From Euglena gracilis (lineage: Eukaryota): a stretch of 64,000 nucleotides of DNA. Below, piece by piece: positions 56,370-64,000 of this stretch. Where the stretch lies: NCBI GenBank assembly GCA_039621445.1, contig CP154954.1, positions 36,999,703 through 37,063,702 of the forward strand, written 5' to 3'. The stretch's first letter is position 1. Each line of letters opens with the position of its first letter. The notes under the pieces were generated by a model. The model did not search any database, was not told where the DNA came from, and saw nothing but the letters and a program-made list of their open reading frames with translations. Both the position numbers and the translations under genes were made by a program.

Positions 56370-56890
56370 GTGCACATGCGTGTGTGCGTGTGCGTGTGCA
56401 TATGCGTGTGTGTGTGTGTGTGTGTGTGTGCGTGCGTGCGCGCAAGTGCATGCGTGTGCGCGCGCGTGTGTGCGTGGATGCAAGCTTTCTAAAAAAACAG
56501 ACTCAGCTTTGTTCCGATTTTGCATTATCAAGCAGGGGAAACAACAACGCGACCAATTCACAAAAAAACTGTCAACCACAAGCTATTTTGTGGTAGTGCG
56601 GGGCACTGGGCTGGAAGCGAGGAGGTGGGTGTTGGCGATGGCCACCTTCCTCTTCCATTGTCTCCCTCTCCTTCTCTGATCATTCCCTTTTCCTTCTTCT
56701 CTGATCATTCTTTCTTCCTTCTTCTCCTTCCTCCTTCGTATTCCATCGCCTGCTTCCTTCTTCTTGCTCCTTCTTCTTTTTCCCCTTCCTTCTTATTTCT
56801 TCTTATTCCTCTCCTTTCCTCTTCTTCCTATTCCTCCTCCTTTTTCATTCTTCTTTTTTCCTTCATTTTCCTCCTCCTTCTCCTCCTTGG
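56370..56890. repeat. (TG/CG)n microsatellite (~56370-56475) and CT-rich low-complexity tract (~56645-56890)
   Basis: Direct reading. Confidence 0.85.
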
Positions 56891-59800
56891 AGAGTACCTG
56901 AATGCCAAGAGGTGTGGGGAGTGACAACCACATAAAATTCTTGGCAAAAACACAGCATGCAAAAAAAAACACAAAAAAAAGTCAAAAATTTGCCACTCAG
57001 GTGGGGGATACAGCTGCTCAACACCCCGAATTGTAAAATTTTGACAATTTTCAACTGTTAACCAGGGCACGGGGCGTGATTTTCAGGCCAAGATCTGTTT
57101 CCTCACTTACGAAACAGTGGGGTTTTTGGGGATGGGGAACCCAGCTGACCTGGTCCCGGGGGCTGGTGGCGCTCTTTGGCAACCCCATTTCCTGGCATTG
57201 AGGCAATCCGGCCCCGAAAGTCACGCCCCCACGCCCCCCCATGCCCCCCCCCCCTGATAAACACCAAAAAATTGTGAGAATTTTGCTATTTGGGGGGGTT
57301 GAGCAGCACTGGTTCTGGTATTAATGGGATCATTGAGGGGTTTTTCTTAAAATTTTGTTATTCGGGGGTGGGAATACAGCTGCTCTAAACCCCCCGAATT
57401 GCAAAATTTTGACAATCGGGCCGTGGGGGCGTGATTTTCAAGGCCAGATTGAATGCAGGAAATGTGGGGTGCCAAAAAGCGCCACCAGCCCCCGGGACCT
57501 GTTCCTTCACAAACCAAAATTTTTGACACTGTCGTTTGGGGGGGGGGGGCGGTCATGCAGCGAACAATCGCCCCCGAGACGGGGTGGGGGGGGTCATACA
57601 ATTTTTTACCGACCCCCGGGAGGGGGGGGAGGGGGGGGTCACTCCACTTTTTGAAAAACCAGTCAGTCACTTTTTTTTTGGGAAGCCAGTCAGTCACTAC
57701 CCCCCCTCCCCCCCGGGGGGGTCAGCCACTCAGAAAAACGGCCGATTTCCAGTCACTTTGGGCCATTTTAGGCCAAAAAAATTTTCCCGACGCCTTTGGC
57801 GCCGGGGTCACTCAAGCCACTTTTGCCCACCCCTGGCCGACCCCCCCCCCACCCAAAACCAGTCAGTCACTCTGAAAAAACCAGTCAGTCTGATATTCAT
57901 GGGGTTTTGGGGGGTGGGGAACCCAGCTGACCTGGTCCCGGGGGCTGGTGGCCCTCTTGGCACCCACCATTTCCTGGCATTGGGGTAATCTGGCCAACCC
58001 CCCGAATTGCAAAATTTGGACAATTTTCAGCTGTTGAAGGGGGGCGGGGGGCGTGCTTTTCAAAGCCAGATTGAATGCCAAGAAATGCGGGGTGCCAAAA
58101 CGTGCCACCAGCCCCCGGACTGGGTCCCTGACACTAACCCTAACCCTGTTCCTTCACGAACCAAAAACCCTGCCGCTTTGGCCCTGCCGTTTGAGGGGGA
58201 GGGGTGGCGGTCGCACAGATGGTCCCAAATTACACAAAAAAAGGGCAAACTTTTGCGATTGTGGGGTGGTGACCAGCAGCGGCTCAGGTGATTCTGGGGT
58301 TTTTGGGGGGTGGGGAGCCCAGCTGACCTGGTCCCGGGGGCTGGTGGGACGCTTTGGCACACCCCATTTCCTGGCATTGAGGCAATCTGGCCGCGAATAT
58401 CACGCCCCCACGCCCTCCCCCCTCCGGTTAACACCCAAAAATTGTGAGAAATGTGCTATTTGGGGGGGTTGAGCAGCAGTGGTTCTGATATTCATGGGGT
58501 TTTTGGGGGGTGGGGAGCCCAGCTGACCTGGTCCCGGGGGCTGGTGGGACGCTTTGGCACACCCCATTTCCTGGCATTGAGGCAATCTGGCCCCGAAAAT
58601 CACGCCCCCACGCCCGTCCCCCTCTGGTTAACACCCAAAAATTGTGAAAATTTGGCTATTTGGGGGGGTTGAGCAGCAGTGGTTCTGATATTCATGGGGT
58701 TTTTGGGGGGTGGGGAGCCCAGCTGACCTGGTCCCGGGGGCTGGTCGGACGCTTTGGCACCCCCCAAATTCCTGGCATTGAGGCAATCTGGCCCCCAACA
58801 CCACGCCCCCCCCCCCCCGATTCGCCCAAAAAAAAAATTGCCAAAAATTTTGGTATTTGGGGGGTGTTTTCAGCAGTGGTTTTGATTTTCATGGGTTTTT
58901 GGGGGGTGGGGAACCCAGCTGACCTGGTCCCGGGGGCTGGTCGCACGTTTTGGCCCCCCCCAATTCCTGGCATTGAGGCAATCTGGTCCCGAAAACCACG
59001 CCCCCCCCCCCCGCCCTTCGGTGCCGATTTATACCAAAAAAAAATTGCCAAAATTTTGCCATTGTGGGGAGTTTTCAGCAGTGGTTTCAATTACTGTGTG
59101 GTTTTTGGGGGTGGGGAACCCAGCTGACCTGGTCCCGGGGGCTGGTTGCACGTTTTGGCACCCCCCAATTCCTGGCATTGAGGCAATCTGGTCCTTGAAA
59201 CCACGCCCCCCCCCCCCTCCCCCCCCATTTTTTCCAAAAAAATGGCAAAACTTTTGCAATTGTGGGGTGTTCACCAGCAGTGGTTTTAGTTATTGTGGGG
59301 TTTTGGGGGTGGGGAACCCAGCTGACCTGGTCCCGGGGGCTGGTCGCACGTTTTGGCACCCCCCAATTCCTGGCATTGAGCCAATCTGGCCCCGAAATCA
59401 CGCCCCCACGCCCCCCCCCCCCCCCCTAACGCCCAAAGATTGTGAAGATTTTGCTATTTGGGGGGTGTTTTCAGCAGTGGTGCTGATATTCATGGGTTTT
59501 TGGGGGGTGGGGAACCCAGCTGACCTGGTCCCAGGGGCCGGTCGCACGTTTTGGCACCCCCCAATTCCTGGCATTGAGGCAATCTGGTCCCGAGAACCAC
59601 GCCCCCCCCCCCTTCCGCCCCGATTTATACCAAAAAATTGCCAAAACTTTTGCAATTGTGGGGTGTTTTCAGCAGTGGTTTCAATTACTGTGTGGTTTTT
59701 GGTGGTGGGGAACCCAGCTGACCTGGTCCCGGGGGCTGGTTGCACGTTTTGGCACCCCCCAATTCCTGGCATTGAGGCAATCTGGTCCCGAGAACCCCCC

Positions 59801-61323
59801 CCCCCCCCCCCTTCCGCCCCGATTTATACCAAAAAATTGCCAAAACTTTTGCAATTGTGGGGTGTTTTCAGCAGTGGTTTCAATTACTGTGTGGTTTTTG
59901 GGGGTGGGGAACCCAGCTGACCTGGTCCCGGGGGCTGGTCGCACGTTTTGGCCCCCCCAATTCCTGGCATTGAGGCAATCTGGTCCTTGAAACCACGCCC
60001 CCCCCCCCTTCCGCCCCGACTTATACCAAAAAAATGCCAAAAATTTGCTATTGTGGGGTGTTCACCAGCAGTGGTTTTAGTTATTGTGGGGTTTTTGGGG
60101 GTGGGGAACCCAGCTGACCTGGTCCCGGGGGCTGGTCGCACGTTTTGGCACCCCCCAATTCCTGGCATTGAGGCAATCTGGCCCCGAAAATCACGCCCCC
60201 ACGCCCCCCCCCCCCCCGATTAACGCCCAAAGATTGTGAAGATTTTGCTATTTGGGGGGTGTTGAGCAGCAGTGGTGCTGATATTCATGGGTTTTTGGGG
60301 GGTGGGGAACCCAGCTGACCTGGTCCCGGGGGCCGGTGGGACGTTTTGGCGCAACCCGTTACCTGGCATTGAGGCAATCTGGCCCCGAAAATCACGCCCC
60401 CACACGCCCCCCCCCCCCGATTAGCACCCAAAAATTGTGAAAATTTTGCTATTTGGGGGGGGTGTTGAGCAGCAGTGGTTCTGATATTCATGGGGGTTTT
60501 GGGGGGTGGGGAACCCAGCTGACCTGGTCCCGGGGGCCGGTCGCACGTTTTGGCACCCCCCAATTCCTGGCATTGAGGCAATCTGGTCCCGAAAATCACG
60601 CCCCCACGCCCCCCCCTATTAGCACCCAAAAATTGTGAAAATTTTGCTATTTGGGGGGTGTTGAGCAGCAGTGGTGCTGATATTCATGGGGCTTTTGGGG
60701 GGTGGGGAACCCAGCTGACCTGGTCCCGGGGGCCGGTGGGACATTTTGGCACACCCCATGCCCCGATTGATTCAAAAAAATGTCAAATTTTGGGGGGATA
60801 CAGCGCTGCTCAACCCCCCCCCCCGAATTGCAAAATTTTGACAATTCTCATGATCATCATTTCTTCTTGCACTGCTGGATCTGCAGATTCTGGGTTTTTG
60901 GAAGCAAATCTCACATGCATCGGGTGGGGAACCAGTGACTGGTCCCGGGGGATGGGGAGTGGACTCGCGGCGGAAATTGTCTGTTAGCGTTCCACGGCAT
61001 GCATGAATGATGGTCCAAAATTAAAAACAAAAAAAAAGGCAAACTTTTGCGATTGTGGGGTGGTGACCAGCAGCGGCTCAGCAGATTCTGGGGTTTTTGG
61101 GGGGTGGGGAACCCAGCTGACCTGGTCCCGGGGGCTGGTGGGACGTTTTGGGGTACTTGTCTGTTAGTCGATCCACGGCAGTGCATCAAGTCTGTTAGTC
61201 GATCCACACCTATTTTTGGCCTACTCCTATTTTTGGCCTACTTTGGGTCACTGAGGGACAGGGAAAGCACAAAACAGGGTCAGAAGATACGGCTGGTGTC
61301 GGCACAGGCTCTCCAGAGTTAGG

Positions 61324-61558
61324 GGTACTTGTTCGGTAAAGCACCGCCAGTGAAATTTCTCTAAGTCGGAATTTTTAGGGTTATTGAAGGAGTAGGGTTA
61401 GGTGCGCACATGCCCATTTTGCGCTACATGGACATGTTGCGCAACATGGCCATGTAGCGCAAAATGGCCTTGTGCGCACCTAACCCTACTCCTTCAATTA
61501 ACCCCATGATAACCGACTTAGAGAAATTTCACTGGCGGTCCCTTACCGAACAAGTACC
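61324..61558. mobile_element. Near-perfect 235-bp palindromic MITE nested in the previous element
   Basis: TIR GGTACTTGTTCGGTAA; exact 8-bp TSD GAGTTAGG. Confidence 0.9.
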
Positions 61559-61758
61559 GAGTTAGGGTTAGGTTTAGGGTTAGGGCAATGTGACCATAAC
61601 CCTAGCCCTTTCCCTAACCCTATCCCTAACCCTATTTTTGGCCCTCTTTGGGTAACTAATGGACAGGGAAAGCACAAAACAGGGTCAGAAGATACGGCTG
61701 GTGTCGGCACAGAGAGGGTTGTCTAGAGAGTAAGGGTTAGGGTCACGGTTTAGGGTTA

Positions 61759-61947
61759 CCCCCCCTCCCCTAGTCGTACGACCGGGTTCCTGCAACCTGT
61801 GACCGGGGGGGGGGGGGTGGTCGTAACACCCCCATAACCTGCAACCTGTGACCGGGGGAGGTGGTCATAACACCCCCATGACCTGCAACCTGTGGCTGGG
61901 GGGTGGTCGTAAATGAGGGGTGGTCGTACGACTAGGGGGGGGGGGGG
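61759..61947. mobile_element. Second nested MITE
   Basis: TIR C-run + TAGTCGTACGACC; TTA on both sides; three internal CCTGCAACCTGTG repeats. Confidence 0.7.
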
Positions 61948-62724
61948 TTACGGTTAGGGTTTTGGGTTTTGGGTAAGGGTTACGGTTAGGGTTAGGGTTT
62001 ACCTAAACCAAAACCCAACCCTAAACCCAAACCCGAACCCAGAACCCTAACCCTAAATAAACCCTGACCCTGACCCTGACCCTAACTCTCTAGACCCTGT
62101 GTCGACACCAGCCGTATCTTCTGACCCTGTTATGTGCTTTCCAGTGACCTAAAATACATCAGTGACCCAAAGTAGGCCAAAATAGGTGTGGATCGACCTG
62201 TTTTGCCGTGGATCGACTAACAGACAAGTACCCGTTTTGACACACAGCATGCCCCAATTGATTCAAAAAAATGTCAGATTTTGGGGGGGGGGATACAGCG
62301 CTGCTCAACCCCCCGAATTGCAAAATATTGAAAATTTTCAGCTGTTGAAAGGGGGGCGGGAGGCGTGGTTTTCAAAGCCAGATTGAATGCCAAGAAATGC
62401 GGGGTGCCAAAACGTGCCACCATCCCCCGGACTGGGTCTCTGACACTAACCCTGACCCTGTTCCTTCACGAACCAGAAACCCTGCCTTTTGACCCGTCAC
62501 ACAGATGGTCCCAAATTACACAAAGGCAAACTTTTGCGATTGTGGGGTGGTGACCAGCAGTGGCTCGGCTGATTCTGGGGTTTAGGGGGGTGGGGAACCC
62601 AGCTGACCTGGTCCCGGGGGCTGGTGGGGCGTTCTGGCGCACCCCATTTCCTGGCATTGAGGCAATCTGGCCCCGAAAATCACGCCGCCATGCCCCCCCC
62701 CCCCGATTGACGCCCAAAATTGTA

Positions 62725-62828
62725 CCTCCCCCTCCCCAAGCCCAATGAACACTAAGGTGACAATCTAGACGGTCCGAACACCCCCTGTTCATTGGGCAAG
62801 GGTGTTCATTAGGCATGGGGGGGGGAGG
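62725..62828. mobile_element. 104-bp MITE flanked by TA
   Basis: TIR CCTCCCCC...CCCAATGAACAC / GTGTTCATTAGG...GGGGGAGG. Confidence 0.6.
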
Positions 62829-64000
62829 TAAGCATTTTGCTGGTGAGAGACATCACCTTCATAACAATCGTCGTCTGAATCTGCGTCATCGCCTTGCAGA
62901 TATTCAATTGTTTCGAAATCAGGTTTCGTCCGAAGCATGGTGATTGCTCAATCTCAATGAATCATCATTTCTTGCAATGGATCTGCAGAAGGTGCGGAAG
63001 CAGCGTCACATGCATAGGGTGTGGTTTGGACCAGTGGCGGAACACCACATTTTCGGTTGCCAAATTGACCGAACCCAAGGTATGGAAAAAATTTTCCAAA
63101 AATCAGGCATTCCTACTGCTGAAAATTGGATTTCACACCAAATTGAGAACCTGCTGGAAAAAAAGACCCCCCCCCCAAGTAACCGCTAAAGCGGGGAATG
63201 AGTGATTAACCATGGTTAACACGGTTAAAACGGACAGAGATGGTTAACCAAACTTCTCACGCAAAACCCACATCATTTGATGAAAAACATTTCCTCATTG
63301 GACAAATGTTGGGCCGAAATAGCAAAATACTGACGGGGGTATTTGAGAGGTGCCTGATGGGGCACAATCCGCAGGCACCAAGGCCAGCTGGGTTCCCCGC
63401 CCCCCAGACACACGCCCCCCCCCTTCCGCCCCGATTTATACCAAAAAATTGCCAAAACTTTTGCAATTGTGGGGTGTTTTCAGCAGTGGTTTCAATTATT
63501 GTGGGGTTTTGGGGGTGGGGAACCCAGCTGACCTGGTCCCTGGTCGCACGTTTTGGCCCCCCCCCAATTCCTGGCATTGAGCCAATCTGGCCCCGAAAAT
63601 CACGCCCCCACGCCCCCCCCCCCCGATTAACGCCCAAAGATTGTGAAGATTTTGCTATTTGGGGGGTGTTGAGCAGCAGTGGTGCTGATATTCATGGGTT
63701 TTTGGGGGGTGGGGAACCCAGCTGACCTGGTCCCAGGGGCCGGTCGCACGTTTTGGCACCCCCCAATTCCTGGCATTGAGGCAATCTGGTCACGAGGAAA
63801 CCGCCCCCCCCCCCCCCCTTCCGCCCCGATTTATACCAAAAAATTGCCAAAACTTTTGCAATTGTGGGGTGTTTTCAGCAGTGGTTTCAGTTATTATGGG
63901 GTTTTTGGGGGTGGGGAACCCAGCTGACCTGGTCCCAGGGGCCGGTCGCACGTTTTGGCACCCCCCAATTCCTGGCATTGAGGCAATCTGGTCCCGAGAA

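Larger units (their letters stand above)
61152..62232. mobile_element. Foldback MITE with long TIRs and internal TTAGGG-like arrays
   Basis: TIR GGTACTTGTCTGTTAGTCGATCCACGGCA; flanks CGTTTTGG / CGTTTTGA (8-bp TSD with one mismatch). Confidence 0.85.
56990..64000. repeat. ~200-bp tandem satellite with subtypes, occasional inverted units and inserted MITEs
   Basis: CCCAGCTGACCTGGTCCC core recurs at ~200-bp spacing from 58318 to ~60710 and again from ~62.6 kb to the window end. Confidence 0.92.

Noticed and set aside
58300-60760. CRISPR-like regular repeats
   Set aside because: The whole ~200-bp unit is repeated, there are no unique spacers and no cas genes; this is a satellite
61560-62090. 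True telomere or chromosome fusion site
   Set aside because: Short, degenerate arrays enclosed by TIRs and a TSD

Overview
Eukaryotic, repeat-dense window with no confidently identifiable host gene. It is a nest of retrotransposons: (1) a full-length Ty3/gypsy chromodomain LTR element at 9976-23380 (1.09-kb LTRs, CTGG TSD) inserted into the RT gene of a DIRS element; (2) a second full-length one at 31687-43767 (0.84-kb LTRs, ACAC TSD); (3) a third, 3'-truncated Ty3/gypsy element at ~46.4-54.2 kb; several degraded DIRS (tyrosine-recombinase) copies; a ~200-bp satellite with nested MITEs; and microsatellites. The main signal is that all three LTR elements carry DNA methyltransferase (MTase) domains in the Pol region, in three different arrangements: C5-cytosine MTase only (element 1), tandem C5 MTase + NPPW-type amino-MTase (element 2), and amino-MTase-like between protease and RT (element 3). 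In all three, gag is separated from the downstream ORF by one in-frame UAG followed by a GC-rich stem/pseudoknot, suggesting programmed readthrough. Gags of elements 1 and 2 appear to contain an RRM-like domain. Domain calls are by motif recognition only (no searches run). Many frameshifts sit in homopolymer runs and may be sequencing errors.
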